Source of the DNA: Octopus sinensis
Lineage: Eukaryota
Direction: 5' to 3'
Length of the DNA: 64,000 bases
Assembly: GCF_006345805.1 (NCBI RefSeq)
Contig: NC_043023.1
Location: 9,238,001 to 9,302,000, forward strand
Shown piece after piece: positions 1 through 13,290 of the stretch. The notes under the pieces were generated by a model. That model was not told where the DNA came from. It was given only the letters and a program-made list of their open reading frames with translations, and did no database searches. Position 1 is the stretch's first letter; each line of letters opens with the position of its first letter. The position numbers and the translations under genes were made by a program.

Positions 1-2743
1 AAAGTAGCTATTAGTCTGCAAGTAGCTGGTCAGTCCCAGAAGCAACTAAAATTATTCTGGGAATTGCCAAAGAACACAAGAGAGAAAAAAAAAACAACAA
101 AAGTAACTGATATGAAAGCCAACACTCCCCAAGAAGTTTCTGTACAAGTCATAACTAATTGCTTAATTATGTATTGCGCATATATAGATATGTGTATATC
201 TATCTTTCTAGTTATCCATATGTATATTGATTGATTGATAGATAGATAGATAGTCACACATACACACTCACACACACACATATTTATATATACATGTGTG
301 TGTGTGTGTGTGTAACGATAAATTGACAGAAAGATAAAGAGATAGATAGAAAGATAGAAGCCATTCTCTCTTGTTCAAATTCTCTGAGGTCATTTTCTGC
401 GAATAACCTATCAATGACCATTTGCCATTTAAGAAACAGATGCATGTGCGCTCACGCACATTTTTATAAATTGCGGCCCCAAAGCTTCATTGCTCAGTTC
501 GACATCGGAGAGTTCGGAATGGCTTTGTGAGAGAACTTGTAAGTACATAACTTATATATGATCAAAAAAATTTTGTATTTCGTTTTAGTTGTGAAATTAC
601 ATTTCTCATCTGCTCAAAGGATATTTTTTTCAGTTTTAGAATTATTATATGCTTGCTAAAATTTGTTTTTTTACTATAACGAATCTTTTTCTTATCTTAC
701 TTTGCCTCTGTATTTTCCCCCGTTTTGTACAATTCCAGTTCTTAAACACTTGTAATTACAACTCTGGAAAGAGGAAAAGTACTCCTCCAAAATTCCCTGA
801 TTTTTTAATTATCGGTCATAAGACTCCTTAAGCATGCTGCAGAGGAAAGATCATTAATGAAGTTAAATAAGTCTACAATTGTTTTGTATTCCATGTTTTC
901 GCTCCTTTTCGTAATTAAATTTCTTTTTCTATGATTATATTCACATAAGTTTTAGTGGTGGTTGTTTGTGTTTGTATGGATCTCAGAGCATTGTTTTGCC
1001 ATGGTTCCTATAAAGCTGCGATGACGGTAGATTTTCTACCTTTATTTTGCTACCTTCAGTAATCGCAGGATTTTCCTGAATGCCCTGCATAGTGGATTTC
1101 GTATGTTTCCGTCAGTTTCGGGACCGGTTCTCTGCTCCCCACCACTTCTCGCAATAGGTTCGTGGCTGCCACAATTAGCTCCACGGAAATTGGGTATTCT
1201 AACATAATGCTCTTTTCTACTCTACCATTTTGTTGTGAAATTTCCCACGGTAAATCTCAGCCTCAACGAATACATGTGGGACATTGTTAGTCCAACTATG
1301 TCCGTTGCTACTTGGGAGTTTCCATTTCATTTAGCAGTAACTGGTAGGACACGCTTAGTTACGCTTTGTCGAGATCCAACCAAACAACAGAAAGTGAGTT
1401 GTTCGCCCTTTCCTCATTGCCGAACTCTGATGTGCTTTCGGGGTCATTCTGAGTAGACTAGGGCACATCCCTTCACTTCTGTGCATGATGTCCCTAGAAA
1501 AGATAACTCCTCCAGAGAGAGAGAGGATATTTCTTCTTGGGACATCATTCACAGATGTTACACTGCTTCCTCGCCTTCCGTACAGTATATCAATCTCCAG
1601 CGCGAACTTGAAGTTTCTAAAGGCTTCCTTTGTCTGCACCTCTCCCTTTCATTTATATCTCTCTCCCTCTCTTGGTCTCTTTCTATTTCTCTTTGTCCCT
1701 CTTTCTCTCTCTCTTTTCCAATATGATTCTGTCGTGCGCAGGTGGAGCAGAATGTTTCGTAACTCCGTGTTCAGTTGCTTCAAAACTAATTCATCTCGAA
1801 AGAGTCCAGATGCTGGCTACCCGCATGGTTCTTGGTCTCAAACATTTGTCTTATGAAGAAAGGCTGAAGACGCTCGATTTTTATTCTCTAGAAAAACGAT
1901 GACGCCGTGGTGATCTCATTCTTGCACACAACACCATAAACTGAATGTGTAACCTCTCGAACGAGCTGTTCTTCACTCCTGCTCCAGAGCGTCGGCTGCG
2001 GTGTCACTCCGAAAAGCTCTATCTCCGAAAATTTCATCTCAATCGAAGGAGAGGGGCTTCTCCGTCCGGGTTGCGGATCCGTGGAATAAGCTACCGGACA
2101 AGATAGTAAAGATGCCGACGACTGCTCGGTTCAAAGTTCTCTTGACCAGAAATGGCCGGAACTCTTTGCATGAACACCACCCTGTACATAACCCCATGTC
2201 CCCCTACACGGCCTTGTTTTTTTTCTTTATTGTTTCACCGTATGCTTCTTTCCACCATATTTAAGCTGTCTTTCTCTTTCCTCAATTCTGCCACCTGACG
2301 CTGATTCTTATGGAAACTGTCCTGCTTGTTGCTCTTGCTTTCCTTCAAGCCCAAATTATATTGGAAAGCCTGCTGTACCAATTGCATCACGTTTCTTACC
2401 TTCCCGGTAGCGTCACTCTTCCTAATGTTGTCCGGAATAACGTTCAAGTCATTGTTCAACCGGACGCTTCTAAGATCTGTCGCTGGAGCTAAATTCACCC
2501 GTGGAATTTTTTTGTGGAGCCTTCGTCGCTTTCAAATTCTTCCCTTCTTGTGAATTAATCGAGTTAAGCAAAGAGGCCCTGGGCATTGTGGTTTCACTTC
2601 TGAACCTAGTCGTCCTCCCCCTGAGAAGCAGTGCTAATACTAGGATGGGTGGTATAGTTCGTTGGTTTACCATTAGTCACAGCTGGCACTTGCTCAATGA
2701 ATTCAGACGCAGTAGGGTCTATAAGTACAGCGATTCACTTGTT
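1..2743. repeat. Local segmental duplication, copy A (left end cut by window); partner at 10799-13802
   Basis: Colinear high identity by eye from 'aagtagctattagtctgcaag' to 'gattcacttgtt'; parallel ORFs in the track (649..831 vs 11447..11629; 2235..2498 vs 13290..13553). Confidence 0.9.
1720..2215 (+). mobile_element. CR1-clade LINE 3' fragment (5'-truncated, degenerate)
   Basis: [41 protein letters not shown] and FSVRVADPWNKLP, the typical CR1 ORF2 C-terminus. Boundaries approximate. Confidence 0.85.
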
Positions 2744-4403
2744 AGATCACACAGGAGGACAATTTTGAACATAATTTTCATTTGGTTTACATTAAAATTT
2801 GGTATACTGATTTTTCAAAACTATAGTTAGTTTTCCTCTCCCCATCCAAAATGCTTTTTCTACAGCTTACTCTCTGAATAAGTACTCTTGTATCTTTATT
2901 CATGACATTGGAGAACATTTTATTTGTCATGGTTTACACAGTTAGTCCCACCTTAATTTAATGGTGTTGGGTTCAGAAATGCCCTCAGAAATGTTTTTAT
3001 CATGTCGAGATTTTCGCTAAAGAGGAATTTAACAAAAGCTTTTCAGTTTTGCAATTAAATGCATACCATATAAGAAACTAATACAAAACAAATAGTACTT
3101 TTGTAGTAGGATATATCTCAAACAATCAACTTTACAATGTACGTGAGTATCATCTCAATATTGTGGCTTCTTTACAGAATATCAGGGGACAGGTTAAAAG
3201 TTCGATAATATTTTATTGAAAATCGTTTTAGATTGTTTTATTGCGTTTCCATCAGTTATTCCAAGTACATATAGGATGGAATTAATAAATTGATATTGCG
3301 CAACAAATTCTCAAAGAAATTCTGCAACTGGGAATTTGCCAAAATTGCAAGAAACTCAAAGTGAAAACAAGGTTTGTTTATCAAAAGATAATATCCAAAT
3401 GGAAGCAAAATAAGGGGGAAATCTGAGGAAAATAGTGGGGTAAATTATGTTTTACGAAACAAATTGTTCTTTCTATGAAATGAAATAGAAAGTACAAAAA
3501 TTAAATTTGTTCAAAGGTTTTTGCAAAGAAAAAACGACATTTTCTCCAAACCTGAATAATAACGGTCAAAGGGAGAAAACCAAAAATTTGTAAAGGGATG
3601 TAATAAGAGTGACTATTCTTTACCAAACACCATGGCGCATACGCAGTTGTGCGTGTTGTTTTCGTTAATAATTTTTTCTTCTTCATAAGCGATGAATGAA
3701 AACAAGTTTGGAAATATTATTCTGTTGAAAACCATTTATGTCGATGTCTTTTATGAAATGTTGGCAATGTTACGAATGACTAAGAATTAACAACAGAAAT
3801 ATTTTGAAAAGTATTTAAAATATTCGTAAGCACAAACAACGAAATACGCTTAGTACATTGCTTTGACTGTTAATGGCAATAAGCGAAACTTCCAGTCTTC
3901 GAGTCACTCTGTAACTTTGACATATTATATAAACTATATAACAAAAGAAAAGACATAGTAGTTTCGTATTAGCGTAGAAGTCAATAAATTTCACCTTCTA
4001 ATGATCTATTTTTTAACTTAATTTAAATCCTCATTTAAGTATTGCCGTCGCTGTGAGAGATATTTGCTGCGGAATAATCTGTTGCACCGATCAAATATTT
4101 TGTCGAAATAAACGACAAAACTGTCAGAAATGATCAAATGTCATTTTTTCCTCGTTGGAGCCTTTCTTTTATCAAATCAAATAAATCTTCTCAATGTGTG
4201 TAACGTAATATTAACTTCGTGTTTGTCATGAGAACTCAGTTATTTCATATCAAAACAATTGTTGCTTCCCACTCCCAATGTACACTTTTCTATTTCCTTG
4301 TCATCCATCCATGGCCTTCTCGCTGGTGCTGCTAATATGAAATTGCGTATTTAGGTTTTCATTCCACCCCCTTGTTTTTTTTCCATCTAGTCCATTCGTA
4401 ACA

Positions 4404-4503
4404 NNNNNNNNNNNNNNNNNNNNNNNNNNNNNNNNNNNNNNNNNNNNNNNNNNNNNNNNNNNNNNNNNNNNNNNNNNNNNNNNNNNNNNNNNNNNNNNNN
4501 NNN
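4404..4503. other. Assembly gap (100 N)
   Basis: Run of 100 N. Confidence 1.
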
Positions 4504-6207
4504 TTTGATACTAGCAACAGCATACAGTAGAGGGAGCAAACATGAAATAATTTAAGGAAATTAAGGACAACGTATACTTGATACTAGCAAACAGCATACA
4601 ACGAGAGGGAGCAAACATGAATAATTTAAGGAGAATTTAAGGACAACGTATACTTGATACTAGCAAACAGCATACCACGAGAGGGAGCAAACATGAAATT
4701 AAGGAGAATTTAAGGACAACGTATACTTGATACTAGCAAACAGCATAAACGAGAGGGAGCAAACATGAATAATTTAAGGAAAATTTAAGGACAACGTATA
4801 CTTGATACTAGCAAACAGCATACAACGAGAGGGAGCAAACATGAATAATTTAAGGAAATTTAAGGACAACGTATACTTGATACTAGCAAACAGCATACAA
4901 CGAGAGGGAGCAAACATGAATAATTTAAGGAAAATTTAAGGACAACGTATACTTGATACAGCAAACAGCATACAACGAGAGGGAGCAAACATGAATAATT
5001 TAAGGAAAATTTAAGGACAACTACGATACTTGATACTAGACCACAAGCAACAACAAGAGGCACGACATAAGGATAATTTAAGGACAACCAAGACAACTGA
5101 AAAGATACAGCAGACAGCAACAATGACAGAAGGAAACGAAGCAACACGTAATTTGGGAAACGTAGCAAACAGATACAACGCGAGAACGAGGGAGCAAACA
5201 TGAATAATTTAAGGAAAATTTAAGGACAACGTATACTTGATACTAGCAAACAGCATACAACGAGAGGGAGCAAACATGAATAATTTAAGGAAAATTTAAG
5301 GACAACGTATACTTGATACTAGCAAACAGCATACAACGAGAGGGAGCAAACATGAATAATTTAAGGAGAATTTAAGGACAACGTATACTTGATACTAGCA
5401 AACAGCATACAACGAGAGGGAGCAAACATGAATAATTTAAGGAAAATTTAAGGACAACGTATACTTGATACTAGCAAACAGCATACAACGAGAGGGAGCA
5501 AACATGAATAATTTAAGGAAAATTAAGGACAACGTATACTTGATACTAGCAAACAGCATACAACGAGAGGGAGCAAACATGAATAATTAAGGAAAATTTA
5601 AGGACAACGTATACTTGATAATAGCAAACAGCATACAACGAGAGGGAGCAAACATGAATAATTTAAGGAAAATTTAAGGACAACGTATACTTGATACTAG
5701 CAAACAGCATACAACGAGAGGGAGCAAACATGAATAATTTAAGGAAAATTTAAGGACAACGTATACTTGATACTAGCAAACAGCATACAACGAGAGGGAG
5801 CAAACATGAATAATTTAAGGAAAATTTAAGGACAACGTATACTTGATACTAGCAAACAGCATACAACGAGAGGGAGCAAACATGAATAATTTAAGGAAAA
5901 TTTAAGGACAACGTATACTTGATACTAGCAAACAGCATACAACGAGAGGCAGCAAACATGAATAATTTAAGGAAAATTTAAGGACAACGTATACTTGATA
6001 CTAGCAAACAGCATACAACGAGAGGGAGCAAACATGAATAATTTAAGGAAAATTTAAGGACAACGTATACTTGATACTAGCAAACAGCATACAACGAGAG
6101 GGAGCAAACATGAATAATTTAAGGAAAATTTAAGGACAACGTATACTTGATACTAGCAAACAGCATACAACGAGAGGGAGCAAACATGAATAAGTTAAGG
6201 AAAATTT
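4504..6207. repeat. 76-bp tandem satellite/minisatellite, ~22 copies
   Basis: Unit aaggacaacgtatacttgatactagcaaacagcatacaacgagagggagcaaacatgaataatttaaggaaaattt; period 76 (e.g. 5221 to 5297); one noisy stretch at ~5020-5200. Confidence 0.95.
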
Positions 6208-6380
6208 GTGCACAATAAATTCTTTTATGAAACATTTTTAATATTCTTTTTCTTTGCGTGTTTTACTAGTTTAAGCTAGGAAGTGTTTGTTTAAAATGCC
6301 ATTTGAAGGTACGAGTATAAACGAATATACACACGCAGGTACACACACACATACACACACATACACATACACGCATACAC

Positions 6381-6751
6381 TCTCTCTTTTACTTGTTTCA
6401 GTCATTTGACTGCGGCCATGCTGGATCACCGCCTTTAATCGAGCAACTCGAACCCGGGACTTATTGTTTTGTAAGTCCAGTACTTATTCTATCGGTTTCT
6501 TTTGCCGAACCGCTATGTGACGGGACGTAAACACACCAGCATCGGTTGTCAAGCACTGCTAGGGGGACAAACACAGACACACACATATATACGACGGGCT
6601 TCTTTTCAGTTTCCGTCTACCAAATCCACTCACAAGGCTTTGGTCGGCCCGAAGCTATAGTAGAAGACACTTGCCCAAGGTGCCACGCAGTGGGACTGAA
6701 CCCGGTACCATGTGGTTGGTACACAAGCTACTTACCACACAGCCACTCCTG
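6381..6751 (-). mobile_element. tRNA-derived SINE (octopus-type), full length
   Basis: On the minus strand: head caggagtggctgtgtggtaag (A-box-like), gggttcagtccc (B-box-like), ggcaccttgggcaagtgtctt core, tail ending tgaaacaagtaaaaagag. Confidence 0.85.
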
Positions 6752-6841
6752 AAATAATATATAAATATATATGCATACATACAAGTATATACGTTCACAG
6801 TATATTGTTGTATTGGGGGAAAATTTTCGCTGTAAATACAT

Positions 6842-7110
6842 AGGCGCAGGAGTGACTATATTGTAAGTAGCTCTCTTACCAACCACACAGTTGCGGGTTC
6901 AGTCCCACTGCGCGGCATCTTGGGCAAGTGTCTTCTACTATAGCCTCGGGCCGACCAAAGCCTTGTGAGCGGATTTGGTAGACGGAAACTAAAAGAAGCC
7001 CGTCGTATATATGTGTATGTGTGTGTATTTGTGTGTCTGTGTTTGTCTCCCCAACATTGCTTGGCAACTGATGCTGGTGTGTTTACGTCCCCGTTACTTA
7101 GTGTTGGAAG
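6842..7110 (+). mobile_element. tRNA-derived SINE, 3'-truncated
   Basis: aggcgcaggagtg...gggttcagtcccactgcgcggcatcttgggcaagtgtc; same family as 6381-6751. Confidence 0.85.
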
Positions 7111-7419
7111 ACGCAAAGAAAATTTTAGGAAAATAAAAATAAGAAATAAGTGGAAATTTTACCGGTGAGTGTGTTACATTATAAGGCACAAAAAGAAAAT
7201 GACTCTCCCCAGACACAACAAAATATGCTTCAACACACGAACTCATATAAAGAATCTTGTAAACTAAATCCAAAAACGAAATAACTCTTTTATAATAGTA
7301 AAAAAAAGTTTTTGTATAAGTTTTTACCGATAATGTTTTCTTTCCATACCGAACTACTTGGTAAAAGTTATTAATTATTAAATTAATAATTCTTTACCCT
7401 GTATATATATATATATATC

Positions 7420-8340
7420 TATGCAACGGAAAGCGGGACGAACATTAACGCAGTGTACAGGGTTCAAACTAAGCTTAAGCTAGTGTCAACGGTGGATCCA
7501 GAAATTCCGAGCCGGAAAATACAGCCTATGAGACGAACTTCGTCCGGGAAGATCTGTAGAGCTCGACGAGGACGTCCTGCAAACCCTATTGGAACAAAAT
7601 CCCATTGTAACGGTTGAGGAACTAGCAGAGCAGCTTGTATTGGGTCATTCAACCATTCATCGACACCTGCGTGTCATAGGAAGTCAGCAAATTGGGTCAA
7701 TGTGTTCGTCACAAAATTTCCGAAACACATCGCGTACGGAGGGTGAATGAGTGTTATTTTTTTCTATCACATCTCACGAATGAACCCTTTTTTCGTCCGA
7801 ATAGTGATTGACTGGTGACGAGAAATGGGTTCTCTATAAAAATGTCATGCGCCTAAGACAGTGAGAACAGTGAGATATGAAAGGTTTCGTCCACTTTGAA
7901 CTTTTAAGCCCAAACCAAACGATAACAAAAGAGGTTTACCGCGAGGAGCTTAAACGGCTTAAGTCAGTGCTAGAATAGAAACGACTATCTTTGGTTTCAA
8001 GACGAAAGGTGTTCTTCCATCAGGATAATGCTCGGCCATATACAGCAAGGATGACATTCCAAAGGCTGGAGCAGTTTGAATGAAAAACGATGCCCCACCC
8101 ACCATGTTTGCCCCATTGGATTATCCTTTATTCGACAGACAAAATATGAATTCTCTAGACGAGGTCAGAAGAGTACTGGAGAAGTATTTTTGGTCACGGA
8201 CAAGCGAATTTTGGAAGAGGAATGTTGTAAGTTTACCAGATAGATGGAAGAGGATTATAGAAAATGAAAGAATATATTTTAGATAAAAAAGAGAACATTA
8301 TCTTAAGTTTGAATAATAAAAGTATAAAGAAACGCATTAT
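7420..8340 (+). mobile_element. Degenerate mariner (Tc1/mariner, SETMAR/Mos1-like) transposase
   Basis: Fragments WIQKFRAGKYSL*DELRPGRSVELDEDVL, TGDEKWVLYKNV, FHQDNARP and LPDRWKRIIENE; multiple stops and frameshifts. Confidence 0.85.
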
Positions 8341-8724
8341 AGGCGCAGTAACCACATGGTTCCGGGTTCAGTCCCACTGCGTGGCACCTTGGGCAAGTGT
8401 CTTCTGCTATAGCCTCGGGCCGACCAAAGCTTTGTGAGTGGATTTGGTAGACGGAAACTGAAAAGAAGCCCGTCGCATATATGTATATATATATATGTAT
8501 GTGTGTGTGTACATGTTTGTGTGTCTGTGTTTGTCCCCCTAGCATTACTTGAAAACCGATGCCGGTGTGTTTATGTCCCCGTTACTTAGCGGTTCGGCAA
8601 AAGAGAACGATAGAATAAGTACTTGGCTTACAAAGAATAAGTCCCGGGGTCGATTTGCTCGACTAAAGGCGGTGCTCCAGCATGGCCGCATTCAAATAAC
8701 TGAAACAAGTAAAAGAGTAAAGAG
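8341..8724 (+). mobile_element. tRNA-derived SINE inserted at the 3' end of the mariner
   Basis: Same family body and tail (cagcatggccgca...tgaaacaagtaaaagagtaaagag); short deletion in head. Confidence 0.85.
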
Positions 8725-8753
8725 ATTTATAACCCAGTAATATACATATGTGT

Positions 8754-8841
<88 letters not shown>

Positions 8842-9100
8842 TGTTTGTACCTGTGTTTGTCGCGCGTATTGCTGAACAACTGATGACGGTGTATTTACAT
8901 CGCCGTAACTTAGCGCTTTGTCAATAAGAGAGAGAGAGAGACAAAGGGAGAGTAACAGACTCATATAGATAGACAAATTGAGAGGCATAGATAGATAGAG
9001 AGATAGATAGGTGGGTAGGTAGGTAGGTAGGTAGGTAGGTAGGTAGGTATGGAGGGTAGAAGCGAGAGAGAGAGAGAGAGAGACAGACATGGACAGAAAA

Positions 9101-9336
9101 GTAGTTACTCTTACTCTCTTTAACTCTTTTACTTGTTTTAGTCATTTGAGTGCGGCCATGCTGGAGCACCACCTTTAGTCGAGCAAATCGACCCCGGGAC
9201 TTATTCTTTCTAAGCCCGGTACTTATTTTATAGGTCTCTTTTTGCCGAACCGCTAATTGACGGGGACGTAGACACACCAGCATCGGTTGTGAAGCGATGG
9301 CTTGGAGGGACAAACACAGACACACAAACATAAACA

Positions 9337-9421
<85 letters not shown>

Positions 9422-9565
9422 GACAGGCGTCTTTCAGTTTCCGTCTACCAAATCCACTCACAAGGCATTGGTCGGCCCGAGGCTATAGCAGAAGACATTT
9501 GCCCAAGATGCCACACAGTAGGACTGAACCCAGAATCATGTGGTTGGTAAGCAAGCTATTTACCA
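9101..9565 (-). mobile_element. tRNA-derived SINE with internal (CA)n/(TA)n expansion
   Basis: Tail tactcttttacttgttttagtcatttgagtgcggccatgctggagcacc and head-side gggttcagtcc motif on the minus strand. Confidence 0.85.
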
Positions 9566-10089
9566 AGAGAGACAGATAAATAGACACCCACGCAACCATA
9601 TACACAACGACACTCGGTCACATAAAGACAGATAGACAAACAGATGAATAGAAACTAGCAAGACAAGTAGACAGACAGAGAGGCAGACAGACAGAGACAT
9701 ACAGACAGGCAGATTAAGTGATTACAAGATAGACAGATAGATAAACAGATAGATTAATTTATAGATATTTAGATACTAAATAATTAGGGTTCAGCAAAGA
9801 TTTGCTTTACCACATACCGAAGTTTAGAAATAGCAGCCAAAAAACGTTAGCTATTTCTTCAACTTTAAAAAGGGACTCCCAGAAAAACCAAAATACTTGA
9901 AAACAATCCACACAGTATTTTGGTGTTTTCAAGTATTTTGGTTTTTCTGGGAGTCCCTTTTTAAAGTTGAAGAAATAGCTAACGTCTTTTGGCTGCTATT
10001 TCTAAACTTCGGTATGTGGTAAAGCAAATATTTGCTGAACCCTAATTATTAAGTATTACTTAAGTTTACCATGAAATAGCAGCGTGGTC

Positions 10090-10128
<39 letters not shown>

Positions 10129-10321
10129 GAGATAGATAGATAGATAGATAGATAGACAGACAGAGAGATAGATATATAGATAGACAGACAGAGAGATAGA
10201 TAGATAGATAGATAGAAAGATAGATAGATAGACAGAGAGACAGATATATAGGTAGGTAGACAGAATGATAGATAGAATGATATATAGATAGATAGATATA
10301 TAGATAGACAGACAGACAGAC

Positions 10322-10375
<54 letters not shown>

Positions 10376-10445
10376 GTAGATAGATAGACAGACAGACAGA
10401 TAGATAGATAGATAGACAGACATATAGATAGATAGATAGACAGAC

Positions 10446-10504
<59 letters not shown>

Positions 10505-10570
10505 CGGACAGAGAGACAGTTTGACTGATAGATTGATAAACACTGAAGTATTGTCAGAGAGACAGACAGA
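10090..10570. repeat. (GATA)n/(GACA)n compound microsatellite
   Basis: Direct inspection; source of the spurious IYLS-type ORF. Confidence 0.95.
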
Positions 10571-11629
10571 CCGACACACGGATTTATTCTATATTAAAAC
10601 TGGCAATTGTCGCCCTCATACCCGGCATCAAGAACCACCCTACAACAGATCCTGGCAATCTTGTATGAAGGGGTCCTCTCCCAGTATACAAATATACACT
10701 GACCCCTTAAAATATTTATCGGATTCTCGTTTATGTGTAACTCTGATCTTTCACTACTTTGATGACATCAATTAATTGAAGCTAGTCAATCCCAAAAGCA
10801 AGTAGCTATTAGTCTGCAAGTAGCTGGTCAGTCCCAGAAGCAACTAAAATTATTCTGGGAATTGCGAAAGAACACAAGAGAAAAAAACAAGAAAAGCAAC
10901 TGATATGAAAGCCAACACTCCCCAAGAAGTTTCTGTAGAAGTCATAACTAATTGCTTAATTATGTATTGCGCATATATAGATATGTGTATATCTATCTTT
11001 CTAGTTATCCATATATATATTGATTGATTGATGGATAGATAGATAGATAGTCACAGATACACACTCACACACACACATATTTATATATACATGTGTGTGT
11101 GTGTGTGTAACGATAAATAGACAGAAAAATAAAGAGATAGATAGAAAGATAGAAGCCATTCTCTCTGGTTTCAAATTCTCTGTCATTTTCTGCGAATAAC
11201 CTATCAATGACCGTTTGCCATTAAAGAAACAGATGCATCCGCGCTCACGCACATTTTTATAGATTGCGGCCCCAAAGCTTCATTGTTCAGTTCGACATCG
11301 GAGAGTTCGGAATGGTTTTGTGAGAGAACATGTAAGTACATTACTTATATATGATCAAAAAATTTAAATTTTGTATTTCGTTTTAGTCGTGAAATTACAT
11401 TTCTCATCTGCTCAAAGGAGATTTTTTTCAGTTTTAGAATTATTATATGCTTACTAAAATTTGTTTTTTTACTATAACGATTCTTTTTCTTGTCTTACTT
11501 TGCCTCTGTGTTTTCCATCGTTTTGTACGATTCCAGTTCTCAAACACTTGTAATTACAACTTTGGAAAGAGGAAAAGTACTCCTCCAAAATTCTCTGATT
11601 TTTTAATCATCGGTCATAAGATTCCTTAA

Positions 11630-11849
11630 CCCTTTAATGTTCAGATTACTCTGTTAAATGTAATACTTTTTCACTCAAATTGTTTTGAATTAATCAGGCA
11701 TTATGTTATATCTTTGAGGTTTCAATGATGTGATTGTCTATTTTTAGAATGTCAATGTAGGTTAGGTGTAAGAGGCTGGATATGGCCAGTTTGAATATAA
11801 AACATGTAGAATATCTGGACCAGATATGGCCGGTTTAAACACTAAAGGG
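11630..11849. mobile_element. piggyBac-type MITE with TTAA target-site duplication
   Basis: TTAA at 11626-11629 and 11850-11853; TIRs ccctttaatgtt / aacactaaaggg (11/12 match); the paralogous empty site has a single TTAA at 828-831. Confidence 0.9.
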
Positions 11850-12741
11850 TTAAGCATGCTGCAGAGGAATGATCATTAATGAAGTAAAATAAGTCTACAA
11901 TTGTTTTGTATTCCATGTTTTTGCTCCTTTTCATAATTAAATTTCTTTTTCTATGATTATATTCACATAAATTTAGTGGTGGTTGTTTGTGTTTGTATGG
12001 ATCTCAGAGCATTGTTTTGCTACGGTTCCTATAAAGCTGCGAGGACGGTAGATTTTCTACCTTTATTTTGCTACCTTCAGTAATCGTAGGATTTCCTGAA
12101 TGCCCTGCATAGTGGATTTCGTATGTTTCCGTCAGTTTCGAGACCGATTCTCTGCTCCCCACAACCTCTCGCAATAGGTTCGTGGCTGCCACAATTAGCT
12201 CCCCGGAAATTGGGTATTCTAACACAAGGCCCTTTTCTACTCTACCATTTTGTTGTGAAATTTCCCACGGTAAATCTCAGCCTCAACGAATACATGTGGG
12301 ACATTGTTAGTCCAACTATGTCCGTTGCTTCTTGGGAGTACTCCATTTCATTTAGAAGTAACTGGTAGGACACGCTTAGTTACGCTTTGTCGAGATCCAA
12401 CCAAACAACAGAAAGTGAGTTGTTCGCCTTTTACTCATTGCCGAACTCTGATGTGCTTTCGGGGTCATTCTGAGTAGACTAGGGCACATCCCTTCACTTC
12501 TGTGCATGATGTCCCTAGAAAAGATAACCCTCCACCAGAAGAGAGGGATATTTCTTCTTGGGACATCATTCACAGATGTTACACTGCTGTCCTCGCCTTC
12601 CGTACAGTATATTAATATCCCGCGTGAACTTGAAGTTTATAAAGGCCTTCCGTTGTCTGCACCTCTCCCTTTCCATGTATGTCTCTCTCCCTTACTTGGT
12701 CTCTTTCTATTTCTCTTTGTCCCTCTTTCTCTCTCTCATTT

Positions 12742-13290
12742 CCAATATGATTCTGTCGTGCGCAGGTGGAGCAGAATGATTCGTAACTCCGCGCTCAGTT
12801 GCTTTAAAACTAATTCATCTCGAAAGAGTCCAGAAGCTGTCTACCCGTATGGTTCTTGGTCTCATGCATTTGTCTTATGAAGAAAGGCTGAAGATGCTCG
12901 ACCTTTATTCTCTAGAAAAACGACGGCGCCGTGGTGATCTCATTCTTGCTCACAACATCATAAGCGGAAAGCGTAACCTCTCGAAAGAGCTGTTCTTCAC
13001 TCATGCTTCAGAGCGTCGGCTGCGGTGTCACTCCGAAAAGCTCTATCTCCGAAAATTTCATCTCAATCGAAGGAGAGGGGCTTTCTCCGTCCGGGTTGCG
13101 GATCCGTGGAATAAGCTACCGGACAAGATAGTGAAGATGCCGACGACTGCTCTGTTCACAGTCCCCCTTGACAAGAAATGGCCTGAACTCTTTGCATGAA
13201 CACCACCCTGTACATAACTCCATGTTCCCCTACATGGCCTTGCCTTTTGCTTTTTGAGCCAAAAAATTAACTTAACTAATTTTATTCTTT
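12742..13290 (+). mobile_element. CR1-clade LINE 3' fragment (duplicate of 1720-2215)
   Basis: ORF 12849..13199: [25 protein letters not shown]...FSVRVADPWNKLP. Confidence 0.85.

Noticed and set aside
649-831. ORF with hydrophobic N-terminus and PKFPDFLIIG, resembling a Golgi sulfotransferase start (also 11447-11629)
   Set aside because: Stops before a KxGT PAPS-binding motif, has no downstream domain or donor site, and lies in a multi-copy repeat (third copy near 14230); probably coincidental.
3501-3686. Weak resemblance to a Polinton capsid-like IPLxxxFGF motif
   Set aside because: A few residues only, with no supporting flanking sequence.
4504-6207. Regular repeat array as a possible CRISPR
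   Set aside because: No unique spacers, no cas genes, eukaryotic context.
6690-6751. tRNA gene
   Set aside because: A/B-box-like head of a SINE; no cloverleaf supported.
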